DNA of 32,000 bases from Methylomusa anaerophila (GTDB lineage: Bacteria; Bacillota; Negativicutes; Sporomusales; Sporomusaceae), in contig NZ_AP018449.1 in the NCBI RefSeq assembly GCF_003966895.1, positions 37,424 through 69,423 of the forward strand, given 5' to 3'. Below, in pieces: positions 7,632-17,228 of the stretch. The notes under the pieces are model-generated. The model was not told the origin of the DNA. It ran no database searches and saw only the letters and a program-made list of their open reading frames with translations. The stretch's first letter is position 1, and the number at the start of each line of letters is the position of its first letter. A program made the position numbers and the translations under genes.

Positions 7632-10600
7632 CTAACGATTTTTATGATAGAGAAACACGATCGGAATAACGATCAGAGTAAAAAAGGTGGAGGTGATGAG
7701 GCCGCCGATCAATACCCAGGCCATACTCACCCGGATTTCCGCTCCCTCGGTCAGGGATAAAGCCGTGGGCAACATGCCGACCACCATGGTCAAAGTGGTC
7801 ATGAAAATCGGTTTCAGCCTGGTCTTTCCCGCTTCAATCAAAGCATCATAGGCGTTGAGGCCCCTGTCCATCAGCGTCAGGGTATAATCCAGCAGCAAGG
7901 TGCCGTTTTTGGCTACCAGGCCATCCATAACCAGAATGCCGATCAAGGAGTACAGGTTGATGGTGTTGTTGGTAAGCAGGAGAAAGAGCAAGGAACCGAT
8001 CAACCCCAGCGGCAGGGAAAACATCCGGATAACGGGGGTGAAGGCCGACTCATAGAGCACAGCCAGCAGAAGATACACCAGCAATAACGACAACACCAGC
8101 GCCTGGCCCAGTTGCCGGTAGCCATTCGCCATAGCGGTCGCCTGGCCGGAAAATTGGTAGGTCACACCTTCGGGCAATTTCTCTTCCTTAAAAGTCTTGT
8201 CAATATCCGACAGTACCTCCTTTAAAGGGCGGCCGGCAACACCCGCCTGCATGATGATGGTCCGCTGCTTGTTCACCCTGGTTATGCCAACCGGACCAAC
8301 CCCTTCCTGAATCTGAGCCACGTCGCCCAGGAACACCGTCCCGTTGCCGCTGACAACCGGAATGGCCTGGATATCGGCGGCCTTAAAGTTGTCGCTCCCC
8401 TGCAAACGCACGATAATATCAGTGTCCAACCCGTTATTGAGGCTGTCGCCGGCCAGCACGCCCGCCTTTTTGCCGCTGATGGCGCCGCCAAACGCATCGT
8501 TTATGTCACTGAGTGCGGTATGAAACACCCGCATGCGCTCCCGGTCAACCGTCAGCTTGTATTCCGGCACCCCTTCCTTGAAGGAGTGGCGGGCATCCTT
8601 AACGCCTTCGACCTTGCTCATCAGTGTCTGGGCCCGGGCGGCAGCCTGTTTCAAAACTTCCAGATCAGCGCAATAGAGGTAAATCAGGACCGGCGTATAT
8701 TCATCCACCCCGCCGGTGGCCACCCCGGCAACGGAAGCCTCGGTTTCATATACCCGCACCGAGCCGTCGGTCACATGCCTGCGCACATAGCCGCGGATTC
8801 CCTCAGTGATTTGCCATACGCTCCGCTCCCGTTTATTCTTGCTGACAAGCTGCACCGTCAGCCGACCCCTGTTGCCGCCTCCCTCGCCGACATAGCTCAG
8901 ACAATGAATCACTTCCGGTATGGTCAATACATGCTGCTCCATTTGCTCAACCACCGCATAAGTCCTGTCGGCTGTACTCCCCACCGGCATTTCCACCGAT
9001 ATGCGTATCCCGTTTTCATCTGTCCGAGGCATAAATTCCGCGCCGATGATTCCGGCCGGAATCAAGCCGACCGCGGCAATGAACAATACCAACACAGCCG
9101 CGATGACCTTTTTGCCGTTGGCAAGACTCCAGCGCAGCATTGTTTCGTACCGGCAAACCATTTGTGCTTCCAGCGCTTCCATAAAGTTCCACAGCCGGCC
9201 GGAGGGTTCGGGCACGCCGTTTTTAAACAGGCGTGCCGTCAGCATGGGCGTCAGGGTAAAGGAAATAAACAGCGAAAATAAAGTAGCGAAAACAATCGTC
9301 AAACCGAATTGACGGAAATATTGGCCGGTAATATCCGTCATAAACGCGATGGGCAAAAAGACGACCACATCGCACAGGGTAATGGCAACAGCAGCCATGC
9401 CGATCTCGTTGCGTCCCTCCTCGGCGGCAACAGCCGGCGGCTTGCCCAGCCGCATATGCCGGTGGATATTTTCCAGAACAACGATGGCGTCATCCACCAA
9501 AATGCCGATACACAGTGTCATACCCATCAGGGACATCATATTGAAGGTAAAGCCGGCGGCATACATTATGAGAAAGGTGGCAATGAGGGAGGTGGGGATA
9601 GCCACCATCACGGCCGCCGTCGAACGCCATCCCCGCAAAAACAGGTATAACACCAGGCCGGTTGTACAGATCCCTTCCACCAGGGTTGCCAGCGTATTCT
9701 TGAGTGAGTTTTCAATGTAATCGGCGTCATTGGCTACGATCAGAAATTGATATTCGGGATACTCGGTCCGCAGCGTCGCAAGTTGTTTTTTTACGCCGGT
9801 TACCGTATTTACAATGTTGGCGTCGCTGTTCTTAAACACTTGCAGTGAAATGGCATCCTCGCCATTCACCTTGCTGAAACGTTTGGCCCGGCTGTCTCTT
9901 TCTTCAACGTCGGCCAGCGCTGACAGGGGAATTTCATTACCGGCGGGACCGGCTACGTAAATATTGCGAATTTCCTCAGGTGTTTGATACCGCGCTACCA
10001 GGCGCACATCCTTTTCCAGTTTGTCGGTGTATATAATACCGGCCGGCAGCATAATGTTCTCGCCCTTGATGCGGCTGACAATCCGGCTCAGCGCCAGCCG
10101 GTACTGCGCCAGCTTGTCCCGGTGCACATCCACGGCCACTTCCCGGTCGCGGCCTCCGCCCACAACCACATCAGACACCCCTTCAGCCCGTTCCAGACGT
10201 TCCTTGAACACCTGATCCGCCTTGCCATAGATGTCGGCAAGAGAGTACTTGGACTTGACCGCGATCTCCATGATCGGGGTAGCGCTTGGGTCCCGGCGCA
10301 TTATCACCGGCTCGCCAATGTCATCGGGAAGCTCCCGCCGCACCCGGTTGACCAGCTTGCTGACATCCACGGCAGCCAAGTCGGCATTGGCGTCAAAGTC
10401 AAACTCGATCATAAGAGTAGCTCTTTCCTGACGGCAGACGGCAATCATTTTCTTTAAGTGGGCCGCGGAAGAAATGGCCTGCTCCAAAGGCTTGACAACC
10501 GCCTGTTCGACCTCTTCCACGCTGGCGCCGGGATATTCAACCGAGACGGCGCAATAGGGATAGTTGTACGTGGGCAGCAGTTCCACCCCGATGCGGAAAT

Positions 10601-10685
10601 AGCTGTAAACACCGAGCACGACAAACAGCAGGACAATCATGGTTATACCGACCGGGCGCTGAATGGAAAAACGGGTAATATTCAT
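7632..10685 (-). CDS. RND efflux transporter permease, AcrB/HAE1-like
   Basis: 1017 aa with 12-TM RND architecture. N-terminus MNITRFSIQRPV and TM4 motif GILVDDAIVVLEN (adjacent Asp-Asp as in AcrB). The start overlaps the adaptor stop (ATGA at 10682..10685). Confidence 0.93.
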   Translation of the reverse strand: MNITRFSIQRPVGITMIVLLFVVLGVYSYFRIGVELLPTYNYPYCAVSVEYPGASVEEVEQAVVKPLEQAISSAAHLKKMIAVCRQERATLMIEFDFDANADLAAVDVSKLVNRVRRELPDDIGEPVIMRRDPSATPIMEIAVKSKYSLADIYGKADQVFKERLERAEGVSDVVVGGGRDREVAVDVHRDKLAQYRLALSRIVSRIKGENIMLPAGIIYTDKLEKDVRLVARYQTPEEIRNIYVAGPAGNEIPLSALADVEERDSRAKRFSKVNGEDAISLQVFKNSDANIVNTVTGVKKQLATLRTEYPEYQFLIVANDADYIENSLKNTLATLVEGICTTGLVLYLFLRGWRSTAAVMVAIPTSLIATFLIMYAAGFTFNMMSLMGMTLCIGILVDDAIVVLENIHRHMRLGKPPAVAAEEGRNEIGMAAVAITLCDVVVFLPIAFMTDITGQYFRQFGLTIVFATLFSLFISFTLTPMLTARLFKNGVPEPSGRLWNFMEALEAQMVCRYETMLRWSLANGKKVIAAVLVLFIAAVGLIPAGIIGAEFMPRTDENGIRISVEMPVGSTADRTYAVVEQMEQHVLTIPEVIHCLSYVGEGGGNRGRLTVQLVSKNKRERSVWQITEGIRGYVRRHVTDGSVRVYETEASVAGVATGGVDEYTPVLIYLYCADLEVLKQAAARAQTLMSKVEGVKDARHSFKEGVPEYKLTVDRERMRVFHTALSDINDAFGGAISGKKAGVLAGDSLNNGLDTDIIVRLQGSDNFKAADIQAIPVVSGNGTVFLGDVAQIQEGVGPVGITRVNKQRTIIMQAGVAGRPLKEVLSDIDKTFKEEKLPEGVTYQFSGQATAMANGYRQLGQALVLSLLLVYLLLAVLYESAFTPVIRMFSLPLGLIGSLLFLLLTNNTINLYSLIGILVMDGLVAKNGTLLLDYTLTLMDRGLNAYDALIEAGKTRLKPIFMTTLTMVVGMLPTALSLTEGAEIRVSMAWVLIGGLITSTFFTLIVIPIVFLYHKNR

Positions 10686-11965
10686 ATGCCTGTTCCTGCC
10701 TTGTCCTTTGACCCGGTTTTCGCTTTTTGTTCCACTTCAACCTGCATGTCCTGCTTCAGCCGGGATACATTGCTGCCGGCAACAAGTTCCCCCGCCTTTA
10801 CGCCCTCCAGTATTTCCACAGCTTCATCATTGGCAAGCCCCAGCCTTACCTGTCGCTGCTCAGCCTGCTTGTTCTCATGAATTACAAATACATACTTCTT
10901 ACCGTTTTTGTCCAGTACCGCCTCCTTGGATACAAATATGGTTTTAGGTTTAAGCAATATTTCAGCATTGGCATGGGCAAACATGCCGCCTTTAATCAGC
11001 AAGTCTCCCTGCAATAAGAGTATCCTCACCGTAAAGGCTTGCGTTTTTTCATTGCTGACCGGACTAATATAGGTTATTTTTCCCGGATAGCTTTTCCCCA
11101 GCGAATCGACCGTTACCGGCAGTTCCATGCCGGTAACGAGATAAGCCGCATTTTGTTCCGCTACCTGGCAGTCAATATATATGCTGCTGTTGTCAACAAC
11201 GGTGAGCAGTTTCTGCCCGTCCTGCACTAAGGCGCCGGCCTCCGCCTGCCGGTAACCGATAATGCCGTTCCTGGGCGCCCGCAGGACCATGTCCTCCCGC
11301 TGTTGTTTATAGGCTTCCAGCATGTATTCGGCCCGGGCGGCAGCCGCCTGCCTGGTTTCCAGCACAGCCGGCGCTCCCTGAGTCATCGCCTGTTCCTTAA
11401 GAGTATCCAACGCTGCCTTGGCATTAACCAATTGCTGCCGGGCGGTGTCCAAATTCTCGCGGGAGACTGCGCCGGCAGCATGCAGCGATTCATAACGCCG
11501 CAGGTTATCCAGGTTTCGCTGATAGTCGGCTTCCGCCTTGCGATAGTTGGCGTCAAAAGCCGCCTTTGTTTCCACGCTTTCAGCCCGTGCCAGCCGCATG
11601 GATTCGCCGGACTGGGCAATAATTAGGTCAATATCCCGCGTATCCTGTATAATCAGGACCTGACCGGCTTCCACCCGCTGCCCCAGTTCAACAGTCACCT
11701 GAACAATGCGTCCGGTATATTTGGCCGCGATGTCCACCTGGGCTGCCGGTACTGTCTGCCCGCTCAATACAATCCGCTTCACCATATCCCGCTTTTGTAC
11801 GGTTTCCACGGCAACCAGCGGTTTAATGGCGGCAGCCTTGCCGGCGTTGCCTGACTTGCCGCCAAAACCTTTCATATACCCCCATATGCCGGAAACAATA
11901 AGCGCCAAAGCGACAACTCCGCCCAAAAGCCATATTTTTTTTGTTAACCGGATCTTTCTAATCAA
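10682..11965 (-). CDS. RND efflux periplasmic adaptor (membrane fusion protein, HlyD family)
   Basis: 427 aa with an N-terminal membrane anchor, a coiled-coil hairpin region (AEADYQRNLDNLRRYESL...ARQQLVNAKAALDTLKEQ) and beta-barrel segments. TTG start at 11965. Translationally coupled to the RND permease. Confidence 0.88.
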   Translation of the reverse strand: MIRKIRLTKKIWLLGGVVALALIVSGIWGYMKGFGGKSGNAGKAAAIKPLVAVETVQKRDMVKRIVLSGQTVPAAQVDIAAKYTGRIVQVTVELGQRVEAGQVLIIQDTRDIDLIIAQSGESMRLARAESVETKAAFDANYRKAEADYQRNLDNLRRYESLHAAGAVSRENLDTARQQLVNAKAALDTLKEQAMTQGAPAVLETRQAAAARAEYMLEAYKQQREDMVLRAPRNGIIGYRQAEAGALVQDGQKLLTVVDNSSIYIDCQVAEQNAAYLVTGMELPVTVDSLGKSYPGKITYISPVSNEKTQAFTVRILLLQGDLLIKGGMFAHANAEILLKPKTIFVSKEAVLDKNGKKYVFVIHENKQAEQRQVRLGLANDEAVEILEGVKAGELVAGSNVSRLKQDMQVEVEQKAKTGSKDKAGTGI

Positions 11966-12011
11966 AATGCCTACCCCATTCCCTCGTGGCTGCCTGTGCT
12001 TACTGTTCCTG

Positions 12012-13682
12012 CTACTGCAGAATATGCAGGCGGTGCTGCCCTGTTACCGTATCTCCCTTCATGCGGATGGGAGCCTCGCAACCGGCAATCGTTGTGCCGT
12101 CGGCGGCGATATCCGCCACTGACGCTACCCCTTCCACCGGATAGAACCAAGCGAGACTATCCGGGCCTTCGGCCCTAAGATCAAAACAATAGATGCCCGC
12201 CCGGCTGTTGCTTTGGCTGATATAATTATGATACACGGCGGCTACCATAAACCGGTTGTCGGCGGAAAAACGCACCTTCCCCACGCCGCCTTCGGTTTGC
12301 CAGCGCCACAACAACTCCCCGTTTTTATTGTAAGAAAATAACGTGGCCGAGTCGGGATGAAGGAATGGCGGCGCACTGGCGGCCGTCTTATCGGCAACAA
12401 AGGTGTTGCTGGTCATGAAATAAAGCTTCCCTTCATCGGTAACACGCGCCGCACTGCCTGACGCATATACCGGCACGCCGCCTACCGCATGCACCTTGCT
12501 GACCTGCCTGATCCATTCAGGTTCCATAGCCTGACCTGTTTCCGCCATATTTACTTTGCCCAGATCAAACAGCATGGCCTGATTATCACTGGCGAAAATG
12601 GCCAGGTATCTGCCGTTGGCGGAAATGTCGATCCCCTCATGAATGCCCACCCAGGCAAAATAGGGGTTAATGACACTGGCCTGAAAGAATGCCGCCATCT
12701 TTCCGGTTCCGCCGTTCAAAACGCGAATGCCGCCATCCGGATATTTTTCCGCCGGACTCCAGGATTGATTACCAAACGCCACCTTTTCCCCGTCAGCGGA
12801 TACCACAATTTTGGACACCCCGGTATCCATCGTTTCATTCTCCGGATACCGCCAGCGTTTCTGTCCTGTTTTTATATCAAAAGCGATAATCACGCTTTGG
12901 GTTGGATAAAGAATAAGCGAGCGTTCGCCGTTTTTTTCCACAACCCGCTGCCGGTGTTGTCCGGCGGCAATCACCGCATCGCCGTTGACCACCAGTGAAC
13001 GAACATTGGGCCGGTTGCTCCACTGGGCGCTCATGCCCTTGCCAATGTCGGCGGCAAACGCGTAATCCCAGAGGATTTTTCCTGTGAGGCGGTCAAAGGC
13101 ATACAACTTGCCGTCAGAACTTGACTCTCCCGCCAAAACAATGCTCCCGTCGGCGGAAAAGGCGACGCTGACAGGCATGCCGCTGGGAACCCGGTAATCC
13201 CAGATTTTTTTTCCGCTGCGGTCAAATAAGTACACCGTATGATCAAAAGACGCCACCGCCACAAATTGTCCGTCCGGCGCTACCGCCACACCCTCATTGA
13301 CTTCCACCGCCCACTGGTTGATGGTCGGCATTGCCTCCAGTTCGCCGGTGGGAACGACGGCGCTGAGCCAGGCTGCCGGTTTTCCCGGCGCCGCCGAGTT
13401 CCATTTTTCCTTGTCAAAAATTACCTGATAATTGTCGCCGGCCTGCCAGTTTAGCGGTAAAAGAACGGTATTTTTCCCCATACTGCGGGCGCTAACCGCC
13501 TGGTCTTGCTCATTGACCCGGATGTGCACCTCAGCTACGGCCGCCTCACGCCCGCTTTTCACAATGATGCCATTCTTGGTGAAGAACCCCTGTACTCCGG
13601 AGTTTTCCGTTTTATTCAAGCAGCCTGTTGTGGCAAGCAAAACAACGAGCGCCAGCCAGCCAGCCAAAATTTTGTTGTCCAT
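12012..13682 (-). CDS. Lipoprotein with PQQ-like beta-propeller repeats (BamB-like fold), paralogue 1
   Basis: Signal peptide plus lipobox (LLATTGC). Repeats of the type DGKLYAFDRLTGKILWDY and HTVYLFDRSGKKIWDY. About 45-50% identical by eye to 23866..25551, and both end HRLHILQ. Start uncertain: ATG 13682 is preferred over GTG 13703, which lies inside the GGAGGTG motif. Confidence 0.85.
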   Translation of the reverse strand: MDNKILAGWLALVVLLATTGCLNKTENSGVQGFFTKNGIIVKSGREAAVAEVHIRVNEQDQAVSARSMGKNTVLLPLNWQAGDNYQVIFDKEKWNSAAPGKPAAWLSAVVPTGELEAMPTINQWAVEVNEGVAVAPDGQFVAVASFDHTVYLFDRSGKKIWDYRVPSGMPVSVAFSADGSIVLAGESSSDGKLYAFDRLTGKILWDYAFAADIGKGMSAQWSNRPNVRSLVVNGDAVIAAGQHRQRVVEKNGERSLILYPTQSVIIAFDIKTGQKRWRYPENETMDTGVSKIVVSADGEKVAFGNQSWSPAEKYPDGGIRVLNGGTGKMAAFFQASVINPYFAWVGIHEGIDISANGRYLAIFASDNQAMLFDLGKVNMAETGQAMEPEWIRQVSKVHAVGGVPVYASGSAARVTDEGKLYFMTSNTFVADKTAASAPPFLHPDSATLFSYNKNGELLWRWQTEGGVGKVRFSADNRFMVAAVYHNYISQSNSRAGIYCFDLRAEGPDSLAWFYPVEGVASVADIAADGTTIAGCEAPIRMKGDTVTGQHRLHILQ

Positions 13683-13724
13683 AATTCGTTTCGTGGTCGT
13701 CACCTCCGCTGTTTATATACCTAT

Positions 13725-14516
13725 TTAATGACCGTACCGCCCTTGTGAATTCAGCCGTACCCTGCGCATACTCCAGACGGCCCCGGCCGACAGAACAACC
13801 ACATATGCGAATAAAACTGCCAAATCGGCCATTGGCGCCGGTTGACCGGCGCCAATGGCCCGCAGGGCATAACCGGCATGCGTCAGCGGCAGACACTCCA
13901 GCATTGCTCTCCCTGTTGCCGGCAAAATATCGATGGAAAAAAAAGTCCCGCAAAAGAAAGACATTGGCAGCAGCACAAATGTATTTACATTGCCAATATC
14001 CTCAAAATCATCAATCAGCATGGCGGCCATAAACCCGGTTGCCGCGAAGATCATGCAGTTGAGGGCCAGCGTCAGAAGAAACCAGCCGTTCATCACAAAG
14101 CGTATGCCGAACATATACGCCAACAGGCAAATAACGGCGGCGGACAGCAGGCCCTGCAGGGTGCCGGAAATCACTTTTCCGGCTACAAAAGAGCCTGCCG
14201 CCATTGGCGCGATTAAATATTCATCCAGCGTTTTGTGGTACAGCCGTTCCAGGTGCAGAGAAAAACCGCAGGAATTAAAGCTGATATTCATGGTGTTCAG
14301 GACCACAATCCCCAGAGCCAGAAATTCATAATAACCGGGCTTTCCCTGACTGGCGATGACTCCCAGCCCCCAGCCGAAGGACAAAAAATAGAGCAAAGGC
14401 GCCATCATGCGGGAAAACATGTACCGGTTTAAATGGCGGCGGAAAACCTGAAAATCCCGCCAAACGACTGTCCGGATATCAAATAATTGTTTACGGACGA
14501 TGGCTGTTTGCAGCAT
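13725..14516 (-). CDS. ABC-2 type transporter permease (no adjacent ATPase gene)
   Basis: 263 aa. Close paralogue of 27733..28476 (VVWRDFQVFRRHLNRYMFSRMMAPLLYFLSFGWGLG vs TVFWRDWLVLHRRMTKFILSRMVTPVLYLVAFGWGLG). AAGGAGGAG lies 5 nt upstream of ATG 14516. Confidence 0.88.
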   Translation of the reverse strand: MLQTAIVRKQLFDIRTVVWRDFQVFRRHLNRYMFSRMMAPLLYFLSFGWGLGVIASQGKPGYYEFLALGIVVLNTMNISFNSCGFSLHLERLYHKTLDEYLIAPMAAGSFVAGKVISGTLQGLLSAAVICLLAYMFGIRFVMNGWFLLTLALNCMIFAATGFMAAMLIDDFEDIGNVNTFVLLPMSFFCGTFFSIDILPATGRAMLECLPLTHAGYALRAIGAGQPAPMADLAVLFAYVVVLSAGAVWSMRRVRLNSQGRYGH

Positions 14517-14543
14517 TATCTCCTCCTTGACTCTGCGGGACTT

Positions 14544-15142
14544 TTAGAATTTATAGCTGTACTCCAGGAAGGCGCTGCGGGTCGGCGCCAGGTAGTAGGA
14601 CCAGTATCTGCGGTTAAATAAATTATCAATGCTTAAAGAAACGGTAGAATGTTTATCCGGCAAATAAGATATTTTCATATCCACCAGGAAGACCGGATCA
14701 TACGAACCGTATTGGCCGGTTTTCACTCCGTCCTCTTTTGTGTCGCTGATTCTGCGTCCGCTGATGCTGCCCAGCCACTTTTGGCTTTTGTAGTCGAACC
14801 CGACGTTAAGCATGCATTTGGGAATATCGTCCATCTGTCGGCCGATAACGGCCGCCGGATTTTTGCTTTCGGTTATTCGGGCGTCGGTGTACGTATAATT
14901 AATAAAGCTGGTCCAATTTTTGCTCAATTGCTTATTTAATCCGATTTCAAAGCCTTTCATTACCGCTTTGTCCGCATTGCTCTGCCTGGATTCCGTAGTT
15001 ATGCCGGGTATGGTTCCGATATTGGGAACATAGCCGTCGGTCACGGCATATTTCATGGTGGTAATGGCATCCTCTAACTGCGTATAGAAATAGGACACGT
15101 TGAATAAGGTTTTGGAATCCAAACGGTAATCCAGGTTCAAAT
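14544..15142 (-). pseudogene. TonB-dependent receptor, C-terminal fragment (last ~199 codons) cut off by the transposon
   Basis: The ORF-track 203-aa product ends in the canonical barrel terminus ...AFLEYSYKF. It has no signal peptide or plug. The frame joins exactly to 18227..19739 once the element and one TSD copy are removed. Confidence 0.9.
15137..15142. repeat. Target-site duplication, left copy (TCAAAT)
   Basis: The identical hexamer TCAAAT directly abuts both element termini (15137..15142 and 18227..18232). The flanking bases differ, so the duplication is exactly 6 bp. Confidence 0.85.
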
Positions 15143-15167
15143 TGTTAGCTTGCAAAAAATCTAATCC
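15143..15167 (+). repeat. Left terminal inverted repeat
   Basis: TGTTAGCTTGCAAAAAATCTAATCC compared with the reverse complement of the right end, TGTTAATTTGCAAAATAAATCATCC: 19 of 25 positions match. Confidence 0.8.
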
Positions 15168-15209
15168 TTGGCCGGGGAAAATATTGCAGAATCATACGGA
15201 CGAAGCGTT

Positions 15210-15238
15210 TTTTCAGATCCGTTCCAATTTGCTATAAT
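15210..15238 (+). promoter_or_regulatory. Possible promoter for the transposon genes
   Basis: TTTTCA (15210..15215), a 17-nt spacer, then TATAAT (15233..15238), just inside the left end and upstream of the first gene. Confidence 0.35.
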
Positions 15239-15274
15239 ATATTGCACATTACAACAGCAACGGGAGCGGATTTT

Positions 15275-15853
15275 TTGCAGATTCTGATTACAGTTAAAGA
15301 AACTATTACGCAATACATTACCCGATTTCAGGCATTAGAAATTGTTCGACCGGAAAAGTGTCCCGTCTGCGGAGCCGTTCACTCGATTCATCGGCATGGC
15401 AGCTATTGGCGCAATATCTTGAATGAGCAATGGGAAAAACGGATTCCGGTAGCCAGGTTCTACTGCAAAACGTGCAAACTGACGATATCGATGCTGCCTT
15501 CCTTTGCACTGCCCTATTTCCAGTATTCACTGGAGTTCATTGTGACCGCGTTGCAACAAATCTTTCTTGCCAAGGCAACCACGTCAAGAATTTGTTCAGC
15601 CCTACTGCGCTTTTATCGAAGACGATTCCATGGCAACTTGCTATTTCTGGAGATGTTTTTCCGCGACCAGGGCTGGCCTGAAGTCACTCCGCAAGATGTA
15701 AAAGAAAAAGCCACAAAAATGGTTTGTATGTTAACTGTCCCCACAGCCGAAACCCTTTCGCAAAGGTTTCATCAACACTACAAACATACTTTTATGGCAC
15801 ATTCATTGTACCATAGGTTCTATCTGAGCGTAAACCAGTGCGTTCCCACATAA
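15275..15853 (+). CDS. Zinc-ribbon accessory protein of the transposon (CxxC...CxxC; DUF6431-like)
   Basis: Contains CPVCGAVHSIHRHGSYWRN...RFYCKTCKLTISMLPSFALPYFQYS. Start taken as TTG 15275 (GGAGCGGA upstream); the ORF track gives TTG 15242. The family name comes from memory of the motif pattern, not from a search. Confidence 0.65.
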   Translation: MQILITVKETITQYITRFQALEIVRPEKCPVCGAVHSIHRHGSYWRNILNEQWEKRIPVARFYCKTCKLTISMLPSFALPYFQYSLEFIVTALQQIFLAKATTSRICSALLRFYRRRFHGNLLFLEMFFRDQGWPEVTPQDVKEKATKMVCMLTVPTAETLSQRFHQHYKHTFMAHSLYHRFYLSVNQCVPT

Positions 15854-15944
15854 CTTTTCGCTGGCGAAGGTCAGAAAGTTGCGGTATGATGGCTTTTGTA
15901 CAAGGTTAGCCGGCTAGCCTCCCCATTTACCGGAGGTGTGTTCA

Positions 15945-17228
15945 TTGACAAATGAAGATCGCGAGCAAGTCGCTCTATTTCGTTATGGGCTGATCGCCCC
16001 GCTTTTGAATGATCAAGTCGATTCTAAACAAGACTACCTGTCCGAAATCTGCGCCAAGTTCCATGAGGTCCCCTATTATGGCCGCAAAGAATTTGCACCG
16101 AAAACTCTGGAGGGCTGGCTCCGCGATTATCGCCGCGGCGGATTTGTGGCCTTAAAACCCAAAGGCCGTTCTGACCGCGGGAGAAGCCGGGTGATCTCAC
16201 CAGAGCTAAAGGAGCAGATTATTGCTTCGCGTCAGAAAAACAGGGAGCTTTCTGTTGTGCTGTTTTATGAAAAGCTGGTTAAGAACACGGTGTTGGCTCC
16301 TGACAAAGTGTCTTACCACAGCGTTTACCGGCTCTTAAAATCACAACAGCTTTTATGGCCGGAGGAGAAAGCATTAAAGGAACGCAAACGCTTTAGTTAT
16401 GATAAGGTGAATATTCTGTGGCAGGGCGATATGTCCATTGGCCCTTACCTTACGATTGGCGGCAAGAAGCTCAAAACTCATTTGTTCGCCTTTATTGACG
16501 ACTGCTCCCGGCTGGTTCCTTTTGCTCAGTTCTCGTTTACGGAGAAGTTTAGTCCCATGAAAGCGGTGCTCAAAGAGTCCATTCTCCGCCGGGGTGTCCC
16601 GAAGATGATTTATGTTGACAACGGCAAGGTGTATCATGCCAGGGAGCTTCATTTAGCTTGCGCCGCTCTTGGTATTACGCTGACTCATACTCAGCCTTAT
16701 GATCCGCAGAGCAAAGGAAAAATTGAGCGTTTTTTCGGCACAGTGCGCCGTCGTTTTTACCCGCTCCTTGCCAACAATATGCCTAAATCCCTGGATGATT
16801 TAAATGCTCAGTTTTGGAAGTGGCTGGAGAGCGATTACAATCGCAAACCGCATTCCGCACTGGACATGTCTCCTTTTGACTTATTTTTGTCACAGCCGTC
16901 TTCTGTCCGATTATATACGGATCCCTATGCTTTGGAACGACTCTTTTTTAAGCGGGAATACCGTAAGGTGAAGCACGACGCAACGATCACGCTGTCAAAC
17001 CGTTTGTTTGAAGTCCCGGCCAAGCTAGTCGGGCAACGGATTGAAGTACGCTATGATCCGGAGTCGCCCGAGCAAGTCTATATCTATGACAATGACATCC
17101 AGGTAGGTGTGGCTGCGCCGGTATCGTTTCGGGACAACTCCCAAGTCAAACGGGAACGCAGGGACTTTCCCAAAGAGACTGCGATTTCTTTTGGCAGTTT
17201 ACTGGCCTGCCAAAAGGAGGATGTGTGA
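15945..17228 (+). CDS. DDE transposase (rve integrase core plus Mu-transposase-like C-terminal domain)
   Basis: Catalytic triad contexts are LWQGDMS, IYVDNGKVY and SKGKIERFF. N-terminal HTH-like REQVALFRYGLIAPLL and a C-terminal beta-barrel region ATITLSNRLFEVPAKLVGQRIEVRYDP. Start TTG 15945 lies 8 nt after GGAGG; the ORF-track GTG 15936 overlaps the RBS. Confidence 0.9.
   Translation: MTNEDREQVALFRYGLIAPLLNDQVDSKQDYLSEICAKFHEVPYYGRKEFAPKTLEGWLRDYRRGGFVALKPKGRSDRGRSRVISPELKEQIIASRQKNRELSVVLFYEKLVKNTVLAPDKVSYHSVYRLLKSQQLLWPEEKALKERKRFSYDKVNILWQGDMSIGPYLTIGGKKLKTHLFAFIDDCSRLVPFAQFSFTEKFSPMKAVLKESILRRGVPKMIYVDNGKVYHARELHLACAALGITLTHTQPYDPQSKGKIERFFGTVRRRFYPLLANNMPKSLDDLNAQFWKWLESDYNRKPHSALDMSPFDLFLSQPSSVRLYTDPYALERLFFKREYRKVKHDATITLSNRLFEVPAKLVGQRIEVRYDPESPEQVYIYDNDIQVGVAAPVSFRDNSQVKRERRDFPKETAISFGSLLACQKEDV

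Noticed and set aside
15148-15160. Initial reading of the transposon boundary at the TTGCAAAA motif (15150 / 18220)
   Set aside because: With those boundaries no target duplication exists and the two receptor halves cannot be joined in frame. Moving the ends outward to TGT/ACA (15143 / 18226) yields a 6-bp TSD in identical codon phase and an intact ORF.
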